This document shows, piece after piece, positions 1 through 12,251 of a stretch of 64,000 bases of DNA; the first letter of the stretch is position 1, and each line of letters starts with the position of its first letter. The notes beneath the pieces are model-generated. The model was not told where the DNA came from, searched no databases, and worked only from the letters and a program-made list of their open reading frames with translations. The translations under genes and the position numbers were made by a program. This DNA is from Burkholderiales bacterium (GTDB taxonomy: Bacteria > Pseudomonadota > Gammaproteobacteria > Burkholderiales > Burkholderiaceae_C): the NCBI GenBank assembly GCA_038328055.1, contig JBBQLQ010000001.1, positions 3,816 to 67,815 of the forward strand. Direction: 5' to 3'.

Positions 1-758
1 ATGACGATGTTCCATTGCATTTCGGAGTCGCCGCCAGAGATCATGCGCTTGATGCCGATCACCACCGGGTACATGTCCTCGCTGGTGGTCACCAACAGCG
101 GCCACAGGTACTGGTTCCAGCCGTAAATGAACTGAATAACAAACAACGCGGCGATTGAGGTCTTGGACAGCGGCACCAGCACGTCCCAAAAAAATCGCAT
201 GGGGCCTGCACCGTCCATGCGCGCCGCCTCCACCAGTTCTTCAGGCACCGTCAGAAAGAACTGCCGGAACAAAAACGTGGCGGTGGCCGAGGCAATCAGC
301 GGAATGGTCAAACCGGCGTAGCTGTTGAGCATGCCCAGGTCTGACACCACCTTGTAGGTTGGGCCAATGCGCACCTCCACCGGGAGCATCAGCGTAATAA
401 AAATCGCCCAGAAAAAAAACATGCGAAACGGAAAACGAAAGTAAACGATGGCAAACGCCGACAGCAAGGAAATGGCAATCTTGCCAATGGAGATGATCAG
501 GGCCGAGATCAGACTGACCATCATCATTCGCCCAACCGGCGCCTTGGAGCCCGAGCCGCCACCGGTGCCGTTCCAGGCGGCACTGTAGTTGTCCATCAGA
601 TGGCCGCCGGGCAGCAGCGGCATGGGGGATTGCACGATCGCCTGCGAGGTCTGGGTGGACGCGACAAAGGTCAGGTAGAGCGGAAACGCCACCACCAGTA
701 CACCCAGAATCAGCACGGCGTGTGACAGCACGGTCAACCAGGGGCGACGTTCAACCAT
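1..758 (-). CDS. ugpE: sn-glycerol-3-phosphate ABC transporter permease (3' part runs off window)
   Basis: Minus-strand ATG at 758 reads [20 protein letters not shown]; EAA loop ([13 protein letters not shown]); downstream of ugpA. Confidence 0.9.
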   Translation of the reverse strand, partial: MVERRPWLTVLSHAVLILGVLVVAFPLYLTFVASTQTSQAIVQSPMPLLPGGHLMDNYSAAWNGTGGGSGSKAPVGRMMMVSLISALIISIGKIAISLLSAFAIVYFRFPFRMFFFWAIFITLMLPVEVRIGPTYKVVSDLGMLNSYAGLTIPLIASATATFLFRQFFLTVPEELVEAARMDGAGPMRFFWDVLVPLSKTSIAALFVIQFIYGWNQYLWPLLVTTSEDMYPVVIGIKRMISGGDSEMQWNIV

Positions 759-781
759 GGCAAAGAGGGCGAATGAATTTC

Positions 782-858
782 GTCATGGCGAGGAGCGAAG
801 CGACGTGGCAATCCAGGATATTCGGTGTCATGGATTGCCGCGCTGCGCTCGCAAGGAC
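782..858. repeat. ~77-bp palindromic (RPE/REP-like) element, intergenic copy
   Basis: GTCATGGCGAGGAGCGAAGCGACGTGGCAATCC...GGATTGCCGCGCTGCGCTCGCAAGGAC; arms are imperfect reverse complements; related copy at 54567-54644. Confidence 0.85.
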
Positions 859-877
859 GCTAGGGCAATGGCACATC

Positions 878-1768
878 TTAGTAATTCACTTTCTTTTCAA
901 CAAAGCGGAACTGCACCACAGTCAGTGCCACGACGATAACCATCAGCACCACCGACTGTGCGGCCGAACCACCGAGGTCCATGGCCTTGAAGCCGTCAAA
1001 GTAAACCTTGTAAACCAGAATCGCGGTGTCCTTGCCCGGGCCGCCCTGGGTGGCTGCGTCAATGATGGCAAAGGTGTCAAAAAAAGCATAGACGATATTG
1101 ATGACCAGTAAAAAAAACGTGGTGGGTGACAGCAGCGGAAACACAATGGTCCAGAAGCGCCGCCAGGGTGCTGCGCCATCAATGGCAGCCGCTTCTATCA
1201 GTGATTTGGGGATGCTTTGCAGCCCGGCCAAAAAAAACAGAAAGTTGTACGAAATTTGCTTCCACACCGCAGCCATCACCACCAGCGTCATGGCGTGTGT
1301 GCCGTTGAGCAAGTGGTTCCAGTCGACACCCATCGCGCGCAGCCAATACGACACCACGCCCACGCTGGGGGCAAACATGAACAGCCAAAGCACACCCGCC
1401 ACGGCCGGGGCCACCGCGTAGGGCCAGATCAGCAGTGTTTTGTACGCCAGCGCACCGCGCACGATGCGGTCAGCAAAAACCGCCAGCAACAAGGAAATGC
1501 TGATACCCAGCACCGCCACCAGGCTTGAGAAAATGGCGGTGGTGTAGAACGAGGCCAGGTAGGTTTCGTCATTCCACAGATTACGAAAATTCTCCAGTCC
1601 GACCCATTCCACCGAGGTGCCAAAGGCATCCGATTGCTGTACCGACTGCAGCAGTGCCTGAGCGGCCGGCCAGAAAAAAAACAGCGCAATCACCGCCACC
1701 TGAGGTGCAATCAGCACCCAAGGCAGCCACGTTGAGCGGAAGAAAACGCGTTTTTCCACTGGGGTCAC
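878..1768 (-). CDS. ugpA: sn-glycerol-3-phosphate ABC transporter permease
   Basis: EAAAIDGA motif, multiple TM segments, C-terminal VEKKVNY; between ugpB and ugpE. Confidence 0.92.
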   Translation of the reverse strand: MTPVEKRVFFRSTWLPWVLIAPQVAVIALFFFWPAAQALLQSVQQSDAFGTSVEWVGLENFRNLWNDETYLASFYTTAIFSSLVAVLGISISLLLAVFADRIVRGALAYKTLLIWPYAVAPAVAGVLWLFMFAPSVGVVSYWLRAMGVDWNHLLNGTHAMTLVVMAAVWKQISYNFLFFLAGLQSIPKSLIEAAAIDGAAPWRRFWTIVFPLLSPTTFFLLVINIVYAFFDTFAIIDAATQGGPGKDTAILVYKVYFDGFKAMDLGGSAAQSVVLMVIVVALTVVQFRFVEKKVNY

Positions 1769-3076
1769 TTAGCCCTTCTTGTTGGCCTTCTCGAAACGTT
1801 CCAGCAACTCGTTGCCGCGCTTCACGATCGCATCCAGGGCCTCTTTGGCGTTTTTCTTGCCACCCCAGACTTGTTCAAGCTCTTCGTCCTCGATGGTGCG
1901 AATCTGCACATAGTTGCCCAGACGGATACCGCGCGATTTGTCGGTTACCTTGCGGATCATCTGGTTGGGGGCCACATCGGTGCCCGGGTTTTCCTTGTAA
2001 AAACCAGACTTTTCGGTCAGCTCAAACGCTGCGGTGGTGATCGGCAGATAACCGGTGCGCTTGTGGCTGGCCGACTGCACTTCAGGACTGGAGATGTAGC
2101 TGAAGAACTTGGCCACACCCTTGTACTCATCAGCCTTTTTGCCAGACATGACCCACAGGCTGGCACCGCCGATGACGGTGTTTTGCGGTGCACCGGGCAC
2201 ATCCGGGTAGTAGGGCAGGGGTGCCAGACCCCAGGCGAACTTGGCATTTTTCTTGACGTTGCCGTAAAAACCGCTTGAGGTGGTAATCATGGCGCACTCA
2301 CCCGACACGAAGGTCGCCTCCGGTACATTGGCCCGGCCTTTATAGACAAACAGGCCCTGACTGGACATGTTGGCCAGATTTTCAATGTGGCGCACATGCA
2401 GCGGCGAATTAACTTTCATGCGCGCATCCATGCCCCCCAACCCATTGGACTTGGTGGCAAATTCAACGTTGTGCCAGGCCGAGAAGCTCTCCAGTTGCGT
2501 CCAGCCTTGCCAGGCGACGGTCAAGGGGCATTTGTGCCCGTTGGCCTTGAGTTTGGCAGCAGCCAGCGCGACTTCAGGCCAGCTGCTGGGGGCTTTGCTG
2601 GTGTCAATGCCGGCGGCTTTGAAGGCATCCTTGTTGAAATAAAACACGGTGGTGGAGCTGTTGAAGGGCATGCTCAGCATTTCGCCACTGGGCGCGGTGT
2701 AGTAGCCACCCACGGCTGAAATGTAGACTTTGGGATCGAACTTTTCACCGGCATCCTTCATTACCTTGGCCACCGGCACGATGGCTTTTTTGCTGGCCAT
2801 CATGGTGGCCGTGCCGACCTCAAACACTTGCAGGATGTGTGGCGCGTTGCCAGCCCGGAAAGCCGCCACAGCCGAGGTCATGGACTCGTCGTAAGTGCCT
2901 TTGTAAGTGGGCACTATCTTGTAGTCGGACTGGCTGGCGTTGAAATTTTTCGCCAGGTCATTGACCCATTCGCCGTTGACGGCAGTCATGGAATGCCACC
3001 ACTGCACTTCAGTCACGGCCTGAGCCGACAAGGTAAACGTTGCTGCAACAGCCAACGCTGCAAGTTTCAATTTCAT
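1769..3076 (-). CDS. ugpB: sn-glycerol-3-phosphate ABC transporter substrate-binding protein
   Basis: Signal peptide MKLKLAALAVAATF, WWHSM, QVFEVGTATMM; start reassigned to ATG 3076 (GGAG upstream). Confidence 0.92.
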   Translation of the reverse strand: MKLKLAALAVAATFTLSAQAVTEVQWWHSMTAVNGEWVNDLAKNFNASQSDYKIVPTYKGTYDESMTSAVAAFRAGNAPHILQVFEVGTATMMASKKAIVPVAKVMKDAGEKFDPKVYISAVGGYYTAPSGEMLSMPFNSSTTVFYFNKDAFKAAGIDTSKAPSSWPEVALAAAKLKANGHKCPLTVAWQGWTQLESFSAWHNVEFATKSNGLGGMDARMKVNSPLHVRHIENLANMSSQGLFVYKGRANVPEATFVSGECAMITTSSGFYGNVKKNAKFAWGLAPLPYYPDVPGAPQNTVIGGASLWVMSGKKADEYKGVAKFFSYISSPEVQSASHKRTGYLPITTAAFELTEKSGFYKENPGTDVAPNQMIRKVTDKSRGIRLGNYVQIRTIEDEELEQVWGGKKNAKEALDAIVKRGNELLERFEKANKKG

Positions 3077-3342
3077 GCGGGTCTCCTTGGGAGTAAAGGG
3101 CAGAGCGTAGCTTCTTAATGTGAAGTATTTGCGACAAAAATAAGACAATTTTCACAAGTCTTGATTAGACGCAAGTTCGGCACGCCGGTCATCAGGGTTT
3201 ACGTCAGGGTGGATTGGCTGCAGGCACCCCCGACCACCTCCCCAGTAGGGCAATGCTGCGCTGCGGTAACATCGCCTGCCCAGCTTCGGGCGCTTGTATT
3301 CTGTGCAATTGACCCCGCAATGGCTGTCCTTGCCCAGAACCC

Positions 3343-6300
3343 ATGAACGCTCCCACTCAAGCCCGCCATTTGTTGCCCGATGCCTCTGCGCCGCCCGGGC
3401 AAGAACGCATCCGCGAAATTCCTTATAACTACACCTCGTTTTCTGACCGCGAAATCGTCATTCGTCTGCTGGGCGAGTCTGCCTGGGGCTGGCTGAACCG
3501 CCTGCGGGAAGAGCGCCACACCGGTCGCTCGGCGCGCATGTTGTACGAGGTGTTGGGTGACATTTGGGTGGTGCAGCGCAACCCCTATTTGCAAGACGAC
3601 CTGCTGGACAATCCGAAACGCCGGGTGTTGCTGGTTGAGGCTTTGCATCACCGCTTGAGCGAGGTGCAAAAGCGCCGCACACCAGAGTCTGACCCCGAGC
3701 GCGATGCGCTGGTGGGCCGCCTGCTGGACGCTGCGGGCAAAGCCGTGCAGGCGTTTGATGCGGCATTTGTGGAAACCGCCATGCTGCGCCGCAAGGCCCA
3801 AAAGACCTTGGCCAAACTGACCGCCAAAGACAACATCAAGTTCGATGGCTTGTCGCGTGTGAGCCATGTGACCGATGCCACCGACTGGCGGGTTGAGTAC
3901 CCGTTTGTGGTGCTCACCCCCGATACCGAGGCCGAGATGGCCCATCTGGTCAAAGGCTGCATCGAGTTGGACTTGACCATCATCCCGCGTGGCGGCGGCA
4001 CCGGCTACACCGGCGGTGCGATTCCGTTGACCTGGAAAAGCGTGGTGATCAACACCGAAAAATTGGAGGCCATGACCGAGGTAGAAATGCGTCGCCTGCC
4101 GGGCCTTGATGTGGAGGTGGGCACGGTCTGGACCGAGGCCGGTGTGGTAACCCACCGGGTGTCGCAAGCGGCCGAGCGCGCTGGTTTTGTCTTTGCGGTT
4201 GACCCGACCTCGGCTGAAGCCAGTTGCATTGGCGGCAATATTGCCATGAACGCGGGTGGCAAAAAAGCGGTGCTGTGGGGCACGGCGCTGGACAACCTGG
4301 CCAGCTGGCGCATGGTGACGCCGCAGGCCGAGTGGCTGGAGGTGACCCGCATCAACCACAACATGGGCAAGATCCATGACGTGGAAGTGGCCAGTTTCGA
4401 CTTGCAGTATTTCAAGGCCGACGGCAAAACGAAGCTGCGCACCGAACGGCTGGATATTCCTGGCAAGACCTTCCGCAAAGAAGGCTTGGGCAAGGACGTG
4501 ACCGACAAGTTTTTGAGCGGCCTGCCCGGCATTCAAAAGGAAGGCTGTGACGGCCTGATCACCAGCGCGCGCTGGGTGGTGCACCGCATGCCTGCGCACA
4601 CCCGCACTGTGTGTCTGGAGTTTTTTGGCAATGCCAAAGACGCGGTGCCGAGCATTGTGGACATCAAAGACTACATGTTTGCTGAGCAAAAGCGCTCGGG
4701 CGTGGTGCTGGCCGGTCTTGAGCATCTGGACGACCGCTACCTGAAAGCCGTCGGCTATGCCACCAAGAGCAAGCGCGGCGCGCAGCAGCAGGCGGGCTCC
4801 AGCAGCACCGTACCCAAAATGGTGTTGTTTGGCGACATTGCCGGTGACGACGCTGACGCGGTGGCGCGTGTCACCAGTGAAGTGGTGCGCATGGCCAATA
4901 CCCGCCACGGCGAGGGCTTCATTGCCATCAGCCCCGAGGCGCGCAAAAAATTCTGGCTTGACCGCAAGCGCACCGCAGCGATTTCCAAGCACACCAACGC
5001 CTTCAAGATCAATGAAGATGTGGTGATTCCGCTGCCACGTATGGCCGAATACACCGATGGCATTGAGCGCATCAACATCGAGCTCAGTCTGGCCAACAAA
5101 CTGGCGCTGTGCGATGCGCTGGAAGACTTCTTTGCCCAGGGCAAGCTGCCATTGGGCCGCCAGGACGATGCGGGTGAGATTTCAGCAGCAGAATTGCTGG
5201 AAGACCGGGTGGCTCAGGCACTGGCGCTGATTCGTGAGGTTCGCGCCCTGTGGTCGGGTTGGCTCAGGGATGTGGAACCCTTGTTTGTCCAGTTGCAAGA
5301 CCACACCCTGCGCGCCAGCTGGAAAACGCAGATTCGAGCGCCCTTGCAGCAAATATTCTCGGGGGCGGCGTTCGAGCCCATCCTGGCAGAGTGCAATGCC
5401 ATTCACCAGCGTGTGCTTAAAGGCCGGGTCTGGGTGGCGCTGCACATGCACGCCGGTGACGGCAATGTGCACACCAACATTCCCGTCAACAGCGATGACT
5501 ACCAAATGCTGCAGGCCGCCCATGGAGCCGTCAAGCGCATCATGGCGCTGGCACGCGCGCTTGACGGCGTGATCTCGGGCGAGCACGGCATTGGCATCAC
5601 CAAGCTGGAATTTTTGACCGATGCCGAGCTGCAGCCGTTTACCGACTACAAGGCACGGGTAGACCCGCAAGGGCGTTTCAACAAAGGCAAGTTGCTACGA
5701 AATAGTGAGCTGTCTGCGCATAAGGGACAAGGGCTAGAGGGTGATTTCCCTGTATATGCTGACCTGACCAACGCTTACACACCCAGTTTTGGCCTGATGG
5801 GGCATGAATCGCTCATCATGCAGCAAAGCGACATTGGCGCGATTGCCGACAGCATCAAGGATTGCCTGCGCTGCGGCAAATGCAAACCGGTGTGCTCCAC
5901 CCATGTGCCGCGCGCCAATTTGCTGTATTCCCCGCGCAACAAGATTTTGGCGACATCCCTGCTGGTGGAAGCCTTTTTATACGAGGAGCAAACCCGACGT
6001 GGTGTCTCCATCAAGCACTGGCAAGAATTTGAAGACGTGGCCGACCACTGCACGGTGTGCCACAAGTGCCTGAGCCCGTGCCCGGTGAACATCGACTTTG
6101 GCGATGTGTCCATGAACATGCGCAACCTGCTGCGCAAGATGGGCAAGAAGACCTTCCGGCCAGCGGGTGCTGCGGCTATGTTCATGCTCAATGCCACCAA
6201 CCCTGACAGCATCAAACTGGCACGCTCGGTGATGGTCAATGTAGCGATTCGCGCCCAGCGGCTGGCGGCTGATTTGCTCAAAGTGGTGGCGCGCAAGCAA

Positions 6301-7275
6301 ACCAAGGCCCCGCCGGCCACGCTGGGCACGGCACCGATCAAAGAGCAGGTGATTCATTTCATCAACAAGAAGCTGCCCGGTGGCCTGCCCAAGAAAACCG
6401 CACGCGCCCTGCTTGACATTGAAGACAAAGATTACGTGCCGATCATCCGCAACCCGGCCACCACCAATGCCGAAACCGAAGCGGTGTTTTACTTTCCGGG
6501 CTGTGGCTCAGAGCGCTTGTTCAGTCAGGTCGGCTTGGCCACGCAGGCCATGCTGTGGCATGCCGGTGTACAAACCGTGCTGCCACCGGGCTATTTGTGC
6601 TGTGGCTACCCGCAGCGCGGCGGCGGTCAGTTTGACAAGGCCGAGAAGATCATTACCGACAACCGGGTGTTGTTTCACCGGGTGGCCAATACGCTCAATT
6701 ACCTCGACATCAAGACCGTGGTGGTGAGCTGCGGCACCTGTTATGACCAGTTGCAGGGCTACAAGTTTGAGGATATTTTTCCGGGCAGTCGCATCATCGA
6801 CATCCATGAATACCTGCTGGAAAAAGGCATCACGCTGGCCAATGCGGGGGCGTTTTTGTTCCATGACCCGTGCCACAGCCCGATGAAACTGCAGGAGCCT
6901 TTGAAAACGGTCAAGGCATTGTTGGGTGACAACGTGATCCAGTCGGAGCGCTGTTGTGGCGAGTCGGGCACACTGGCGCTCAATCGGCCCGATGTGTCCA
7001 CACAAGTGCGCTTTCGCAAAGAAGAAGAAATCCTCAAGGGCGAGGCGCAATTGCGCGCTACCGGTGCACTCGGGGCCAAAGACAATGTGAAAATTTTGAC
7101 CTCTTGCCCGGCCTGCTTGCAAGGTTTGAGCCGCTTTGGCGAAGACCTGCAAAATGGCTTGTTGCAAGCCGATTACATTGTGGTTGAGATGGCCAATCAA
7201 ATTCTGGGCGACCAATGGTTGCCTGATTACGTGAAGCTGGCCAATGATGGCGGCATTGAGCGCGTGCTGGTCTGA
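3343..7275 (+). CDS. Large FAD-binding/Fe-S oxidoreductase (DUF3683 + GlcD-like + GlcF-like CCG domains + DUF3400)
   Basis: PRGGGTG FAD loop, [14 protein letters not shown], two CxxCxxCxxxC-type motifs, CCG motifs. Confidence 0.88.
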   Translation: MNAPTQARHLLPDASAPPGQERIREIPYNYTSFSDREIVIRLLGESAWGWLNRLREERHTGRSARMLYEVLGDIWVVQRNPYLQDDLLDNPKRRVLLVEALHHRLSEVQKRRTPESDPERDALVGRLLDAAGKAVQAFDAAFVETAMLRRKAQKTLAKLTAKDNIKFDGLSRVSHVTDATDWRVEYPFVVLTPDTEAEMAHLVKGCIELDLTIIPRGGGTGYTGGAIPLTWKSVVINTEKLEAMTEVEMRRLPGLDVEVGTVWTEAGVVTHRVSQAAERAGFVFAVDPTSAEASCIGGNIAMNAGGKKAVLWGTALDNLASWRMVTPQAEWLEVTRINHNMGKIHDVEVASFDLQYFKADGKTKLRTERLDIPGKTFRKEGLGKDVTDKFLSGLPGIQKEGCDGLITSARWVVHRMPAHTRTVCLEFFGNAKDAVPSIVDIKDYMFAEQKRSGVVLAGLEHLDDRYLKAVGYATKSKRGAQQQAGSSSTVPKMVLFGDIAGDDADAVARVTSEVVRMANTRHGEGFIAISPEARKKFWLDRKRTAAISKHTNAFKINEDVVIPLPRMAEYTDGIERINIELSLANKLALCDALEDFFAQGKLPLGRQDDAGEISAAELLEDRVAQALALIREVRALWSGWLRDVEPLFVQLQDHTLRASWKTQIRAPLQQIFSGAAFEPILAECNAIHQRVLKGRVWVALHMHAGDGNVHTNIPVNSDDYQMLQAAHGAVKRIMALARALDGVISGEHGIGITKLEFLTDAELQPFTDYKARVDPQGRFNKGKLLRNSELSAHKGQGLEGDFPVYADLTNAYTPSFGLMGHESLIMQQSDIGAIADSIKDCLRCGKCKPVCSTHVPRANLLYSPRNKILATSLLVEAFLYEEQTRRGVSIKHWQEFEDVADHCTVCHKCLSPCPVNIDFGDVSMNMRNLLRKMGKKTFRPAGAAAMFMLNATNPDSIKLARSVMVNVAIRAQRLAADLLKVVARKQTKAPPATLGTAPIKEQVIHFINKKLPGGLPKKTARALLDIEDKDYVPIIRNPATTNAETEAVFYFPGCGSERLFSQVGLATQAMLWHAGVQTVLPPGYLCCGYPQRGGGQFDKAEKIITDNRVLFHRVANTLNYLDIKTVVVSCGTCYDQLQGYKFEDIFPGSRIIDIHEYLLEKGITLANAGAFLFHDPCHSPMKLQEPLKTVKALLGDNVIQSERCCGESGTLALNRPDVSTQVRFRKEEEILKGEAQLRATGALGAKDNVKILTSCPACLQGLSRFGEDLQNGLLQADYIVVEMANQILGDQWLPDYVKLANDGGIERVLV
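5694..5747 (+). repeat. 54-bp dispersed motif copy 1 (inside oxidoreductase CDS)
   Basis: GCTA cgaaatagt GAGC tgtct GCGC ataagggac AAGGGCTAGAGGG tga TTT. Confidence 0.85.
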
Positions 7276-7280
7276 CTACG

Positions 7281-7348
<68 letters not shown>

Positions 7349-7382
7349 GACGACGATTACTACAACCATTAGGAGATTCACC

Positions 7383-7796
7383 ATGGCAGGTTTGCAATCA
7401 GGCGCTCCAGCACCGCAAAACATCACGCTGCACAGCCAGTCGCGCGTGCTTGAAATTAGTTTCTCGGACGGCTGCGAGTTCCGCATTCCGTTTGAGTTGA
7501 TGCGGGTTTACTCGCCGTCGGCTGATGTGGCGGGCCACGGCCCCGGGCAGGAAACCCTGCAGACTGGCAAACGCGAGGTCACTGTCACGGCGCTGGAGCC
7601 GGTTGGCAATTACGCCGTGCAACCGACCTTTTCGGACGGTCACGACACCGGCCTTTTCTCGTGGGATTACCTGTATTTTCTGGGCTCGCAACAAGACAAG
7701 CTGTGGACTGACTACAACGCCCGGCTGGTCGCAGCGGGGGTCGACCATGACGCGCCGATGCCAGACAAGGCGACCAGCAGTTGCGCCAGTCACTGA
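7383..7796 (+). CDS. DUF971 (gamma-butyrobetaine hydroxylase N-terminal-like) protein
   Basis: ELMRVYSPSADVAGHGPGQE, VGNYAVQPTFSDGHDTGLFSW. Confidence 0.88.
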   Translation: MAGLQSGAPAPQNITLHSQSRVLEISFSDGCEFRIPFELMRVYSPSADVAGHGPGQETLQTGKREVTVTALEPVGNYAVQPTFSDGHDTGLFSWDYLYFLGSQQDKLWTDYNARLVAAGVDHDAPMPDKATSSCASH

Positions 7797-7802
7797 TTAT
7801 TT

Positions 7803-7856
7803 ACTATTAAAATAGTAGCTGTTAGCGCTTATTTAATAAGGGCTACAGGCTGATTT
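7803..7856 (+). repeat. 54-bp dispersed motif copy 2 (intergenic, upstream of ubiE)
   Basis: ACTA ttaaaatag TAGC tgtta GCGC ttatttaat AAGGGCTACAGGC tga TTT. Confidence 0.9.
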
Positions 7857-7897
7857 TCTATAAATTTATCCAACCTGGCTTTACCGCCACCCAAGCC

Positions 7898-8629
7898 ATG
7901 AGCACGACACATTTCGGATTCAAAAGTGTTGACGAGGCCGAAAAGGCCAGCCACGTCAAAGGCGTCTTTGACTCCGTCGCACCCAAGTACGACCTGATGA
8001 ACGACCTGATGTCCATGGGGCTGCATCGGGCCTGGAAGGCGTACACCGTCATGGTGGCCAATCTGCATGAAGGTGATCGGGTGCTCGATATCGCCGGTGG
8101 CACGGGTGACCTGGCCTTGGCTTTTGCAAAAAAGGTGGGGGCCAGCGGCCAGGTGGTGCATACCGACATCAATGAGGCCATGCTGCGCACTGGTCGCGAC
8201 CGGCTGGTCGATGCCGGCGTGGTGTTGCCAACGCTGGTGTGTGATGCTGAAAAGCTGCCGTTTCCGGATCAGCACTTCAACCTGGTCAGCGTGGCTTTTG
8301 GTCTGCGCAACATGACGCACAAAGATGTGGCACTGGCCGAGATGAACCGGGTTCTCAAGCCGGGTGGCAAGCTGCTGGTGCTGGAGTTTTCCAAAGTCGC
8401 CAAGCCGCTGGAGAAAGTTTACGACTGGTATTCGTTCAAGGTGTTGCCAAAATTGGGTGAACTGGTGGCTGGCGATGCATCGAGCTACCAATATCTGGCG
8501 GAGTCGATTCGCATGCATCCTGGGCAGGAAGCGCTCAAAACCCTGATGAAGGCTAATGGCTTTGGCCATGTGGACTACCACAACATGACCGGTGGTCTGG
8601 TAGCCTTACACGTTGGAATTAAATGTTGA
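7898..8629 (+). CDS. ubiE: Ubiquinone/menaquinone C-methyltransferase
   Basis: [41 protein letters not shown]. Confidence 0.96.
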   Translation: MSTTHFGFKSVDEAEKASHVKGVFDSVAPKYDLMNDLMSMGLHRAWKAYTVMVANLHEGDRVLDIAGGTGDLALAFAKKVGASGQVVHTDINEAMLRTGRDRLVDAGVVLPTLVCDAEKLPFPDQHFNLVSVAFGLRNMTHKDVALAEMNRVLKPGGKLLVLEFSKVAKPLEKVYDWYSFKVLPKLGELVAGDASSYQYLAESIRMHPGQEALKTLMKANGFGHVDYHNMTGGLVALHVGIKC

Positions 8630-8672
8630 GTTCAGTCAACGCAGTTTTAAATAAAATTTTTTTGGAGATGTT

Positions 8673-9656
8673 ATGAAACGATGGCTTTGGTTGGTAACGA
8701 TGAGTCTGGCTTTGCTGGCGGGTCACGCTGATGCCGCCAAGCGCATGGGTGGTGGGGGTTCGTTTGGCAAGCAGTCCAGCAATGTGACGCAGCGCCAGGC
8801 AAGCCCGGCAACCCCAACGCAAGGTGCCACCAATTCCGTCGCCAAGCCTGCAACCCCTGCTGCTGCTGCCGCGCCCAAGAAGCCCTGGGGTGCCATGTTG
8901 GGTGGTCTGGCCGCCGGGCTTGGCTTGGCCTGGCTGGCAAGTTCGCTGGGCTTGGGTGCCGAAATGGGGCAATTCCTGATGTTTGCCTTGTTGGCACTGG
9001 CAATCATGCTGGGGGTTGGCTGGTTCATGCGTCGTCGCGCCGCACAAGGTGCAACTCAGGCTGCGTCACCGTTTGCGTTTCAGGGGGCAGGGTCTGTACC
9101 TCAAGCGCCAGCGCCCGTCAGTTACCGTCCAGAAAACGTCGGCAATGATGCGTCAGCGCGTCCCTTTGAGCGCAGCAACGCCATGCCGTTCGAAGTTGCT
9201 TCGTCAAATGCGGGTTCTGCAACGGGCTCCATGATTGGTTCTGGTCTGGCCGGTTCGCAAACCTGGGGCATACCCGCTGGGTTCGATACGGATGGTTTTC
9301 TCAAGTCCGCCAAAGCCAATTTTGTGTCCTTGCAGGCCGCCTGGGATAAATCTGACATTGGGGCACTTCGGGTCATGATGACTGACACCATGCTCAAGGA
9401 AATCCAGTCGCAGTTGGCAGACCGTGAAGCGCATACCGGTGGCCCGGTCAATCTGACCGATGTGGTGATGATTGAGGCCCATTTGCTGGGTATTGAAGAC
9501 CTGGGTGATGACTACATGGCCAGCGTCGAGTTCTCCGGCATGATCCGTGAGGAGCCATCGGCCAGCCCGAGCCCATTCCGCGAAGTCTGGAACATGACCA
9601 AGTCAAAAAGCGGTCAAAGTGGCTGGCTGGTGGCAGGGGTTCAAGCCCTGCAATAA
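8673..9656 (+). CDS. Tim44 domain-containing membrane protein
   Basis: AKRMGGGGSFGKQS N-terminus, LQAAWD, FREVWNMTK; typical ubiE-ubiJ neighbour. Confidence 0.88.
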   Translation: MKRWLWLVTMSLALLAGHADAAKRMGGGGSFGKQSSNVTQRQASPATPTQGATNSVAKPATPAAAAAPKKPWGAMLGGLAAGLGLAWLASSLGLGAEMGQFLMFALLALAIMLGVGWFMRRRAAQGATQAASPFAFQGAGSVPQAPAPVSYRPENVGNDASARPFERSNAMPFEVASSNAGSATGSMIGSGLAGSQTWGIPAGFDTDGFLKSAKANFVSLQAAWDKSDIGALRVMMTDTMLKEIQSQLADREAHTGGPVNLTDVVMIEAHLLGIEDLGDDYMASVEFSGMIREEPSASPSPFREVWNMTKSKSGQSGWLVAGVQALQ

Positions 9657-9691
9657 AGAAATCTCGTCAATTTCGGGAATAATCGGGGACT

Positions 9692-10243
9692 ATGGCAACA
9701 CAGTCCCCTTTTTCATTGCTGGAGGGTTTCCTCCAGAAACTTCCACTTCCCAATTTGCAGCCGCCCGCTTGGGCTGTTAACGAGGCGCAGCGGCGCATCG
9801 TTTTGCTGCTGAATCACGTCTTGATGCAAGAGGCCGAAGCCACCGCCCGCCTAACGCGACAAAAGGGCCGGGTCATGCTGGTGCAATGGCGCAGCTTCAG
9901 TTTCAAGCTTGAAGCCACCCCGGCAGGCTTGCTGGACTTGGCAAGCCTGCAGGCGCAGCCCGATCTGGTGCTGACCATGACCGATGAATCCCCGCTGGCG
10001 CTGGTGCAAGCGGCCCTGCGTGGCGACAAGCCGGCCGTGCGCATCGAGGGCGATGTGCAGTTGGCCGCTGAGGTGAATTGGTTGACTGAACACGTACGCT
10101 GGGACATGGAAGAAGACCTGTCGCGCATCATGGGCGATGTGCCGGCGCATACCGTCAGCCAGATGGCGCAGGGTCTGGTGGCCGGCTTGCGTCAGTTCGT
10201 GGCCAAGGCCGCGACGTTTGTGCCTGGCAAATCCACCCAATGA
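9692..10243 (+). CDS. ubiJ: Ubiquinone biosynthesis accessory factor (SCP2 domain)
   Basis: [24 protein letters not shown]; directly upstream of ubiB. Confidence 0.85.
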   Translation: MATQSPFSLLEGFLQKLPLPNLQPPAWAVNEAQRRIVLLLNHVLMQEAEATARLTRQKGRVMLVQWRSFSFKLEATPAGLLDLASLQAQPDLVLTMTDESPLALVQAALRGDKPAVRIEGDVQLAAEVNWLTEHVRWDMEEDLSRIMGDVPAHTVSQMAQGLVAGLRQFVAKAATFVPGKSTQ

Positions 10244-11805
10244 CGCGGCTCTTTCGCGGTGTGTTCATCGTCTGGGTGCTGTTGCGCCATGGCCTTGATG
10301 AACTGGTCCTGACGAGCTTCAACAAGCCGTGGTTGCGTCTGGTTGCCCGGATTGTCACGGTAGGGCGCAAGCTCGATGCCCCGCGCGGGCAGCGCATTCG
10401 TCAGGCGCTGGAGAGTCTGGGCCCCATTTTTGTTAAGTTTGGCCAGGTGCTTTCCACCCGGCGTGACCTGTTGCCGGTAGACATTGCTGACGAGTTGGCC
10501 ATGTTGCAGGATCAGGTGCCACCCTTTGACAGTGTGATTGCCGTTGCCATCATCGAGAAAGCCTTCAACAAGAAGGTGGAAGATATTTTTGTCTCGTTTG
10601 AGCGCCAGCCAGTGGCCAGCGCTTCTATTGCACAGGTGCATTTCGCCGTGCTCAATGACCGCAACGGTCGCCACCGCGAGGTCGCCGTCAAGGTGTTGCG
10701 CCCCGGTATGCTGGAGGTGATTGACAAAGATCTGGACCTGATGCGCATGATGGCGGGCTGGGTCGAGAGCCTGTCGGGCGACGGCCGGCGCCTCAAGCCG
10801 CGTGAGGTGGTGGCCGAATTTGATAAATACCTGCACGATGAGCTTGACCTGGTGCGCGAAGCGTCCAGTGCAGCGCAGTTGCGCCGCAACATGGCTGACC
10901 TCGATCTGGTCATCATTCCCGAAATGTTTTGGGACTATTGCATGCCCAGCGTGATGGTGATGGAGCGCATGAAGGGTATTCCGATCAGCCAGGTGGACCG
11001 CTTGCGCGCAGCCGGCGTGGATATTCCCAAATTGGCACGCGATGGTGTCACGATCTTTTTTACCCAGGTGTTTCGTGATGGTTTTTTTCACGCCGACATG
11101 CACCCCGGCAACATTCAGGTCAGCGTGGAGCCAGCCACCTTTGGTCGCTATATTTCGCTGGACTTCGGCATTGTTGGCACCTTGACCGAGGTCGACAAAG
11201 AGTATCTGGCGCAAAATTTCACGGCATTTTTTCGCCGTGATTACAAACGGGTTGCTGAGTTGCACATTGAATCGGGCTGGGTGCCCAAGTCCACCCGGGT
11301 CGATGAACTGGAGTCGGCGATTCGCTCGGTTTGTGAGCCGTATTTTGATCGGCCATTGAAAGAAATATCGCTGGGCTTTTTGTTGATGCGGCTGTTTCAG
11401 ACCTCGCGCCGCTTTCAGGTCGAGATTCAGCCGCAACTGGTATTGCTGCAAAAGACCTTGCTCAATGTTGAAGGATTAGGGCGGCAATTGGATCCGGAGC
11501 TGGACTTGTGGAATACCGCCAAGCCGTTTCTTGAAACCTGGATGATCAACCAGATCGGCCCGAAGAAACTGCTCGATGAGTTGCGCAACGAAGGCCCGCG
11601 TTACGCCAAGTTGCTGCCAGAGCTGCCTCGTTTGTTGTTTGATTTTTTGCGAAATGGCAACAACGGTAGCAATGACGAACTACCGGCCATGCTGCTGGAA
11701 TTAAAGAAGACCAATCGTCTGCTGTCCAGCATCGTTTACGGCGGTGTCGGTTTCGTGCTGGGACTGCTGGTGATGCAGGTACTGGTTCGGGTTCGCTTGT
11801 TCTAG
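10240..11805 (+). CDS. ubiB: Ubiquinone biosynthesis kinase-like protein
   Basis: [42 protein letters not shown]. Confidence 0.96.
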   Translation: MTRLFRGVFIVWVLLRHGLDELVLTSFNKPWLRLVARIVTVGRKLDAPRGQRIRQALESLGPIFVKFGQVLSTRRDLLPVDIADELAMLQDQVPPFDSVIAVAIIEKAFNKKVEDIFVSFERQPVASASIAQVHFAVLNDRNGRHREVAVKVLRPGMLEVIDKDLDLMRMMAGWVESLSGDGRRLKPREVVAEFDKYLHDELDLVREASSAAQLRRNMADLDLVIIPEMFWDYCMPSVMVMERMKGIPISQVDRLRAAGVDIPKLARDGVTIFFTQVFRDGFFHADMHPGNIQVSVEPATFGRYISLDFGIVGTLTEVDKEYLAQNFTAFFRRDYKRVAELHIESGWVPKSTRVDELESAIRSVCEPYFDRPLKEISLGFLLMRLFQTSRRFQVEIQPQLVLLQKTLLNVEGLGRQLDPELDLWNTAKPFLETWMINQIGPKKLLDELRNEGPRYAKLLPELPRLLFDFLRNGNNGSNDELPAMLLELKKTNRLLSSIVYGGVGFVLGLLVMQVLVRVRLF

Positions 11806-11889
11806 CCAATCGTTGCGGGGTTATTGGAGGTCGGGGGTGGGCGACTTTATAATCGCAGGTTTTGCGACTCTCACTCAAGTCTGAACACC

Positions 11890-12225
11890 ATGCCTATTTA
11901 TGCTTATAAATGCGACACCTGCGGGTTTGCCAAAGACGTGTTGCAGAAAATGTCCGATCCGGTGCTCACCGATTGTCCTGCTTGTGGCCAGGCCACATTT
12001 GCCAAGCAACTGACTGCAGCAGGTTTCCAGCTCAAGGGCTCAGGCTGGTATGCCACCGATTTCAAGGGTGGCAGCGACGGTTCATCGGCCGCTGCACCGG
12101 TAGCGGCGGAGGGGGGTGGCGCGACAGAGGCCACACCAGCCAAGCCAGCCGCTGCGGCGGCTGCCACCACGGTTGCTGCGCCTGCTGCGACCGGCTGTGG
12201 CGGTGGTTGCGCCTGCCACAGCTGA
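11890..12225 (+). CDS. FmdB family zinc-ribbon protein
   Basis: MPIYAYKCDTCG...CPACG, FQLKGSGWYATDF; start set to ATG 11890. Confidence 0.9.
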   Translation: MPIYAYKCDTCGFAKDVLQKMSDPVLTDCPACGQATFAKQLTAAGFQLKGSGWYATDFKGGSDGSSAAAPVAAEGGGATEATPAKPAAAAAATTVAAPAATGCGGGCACHS

Positions 12226-12251
12226 ATGCTGCTTGTTAACCGAAAGTATCC

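Noticed and set aside
3199-4992. Long antisense ORFs (597 aa here; also 10192-11451, 47682-48956, 52179-53597, 55960-57000)
   Set aside because: Shadow ORFs opposite well-supported genes; expected from GC-rich codon bias; no recognisable domains
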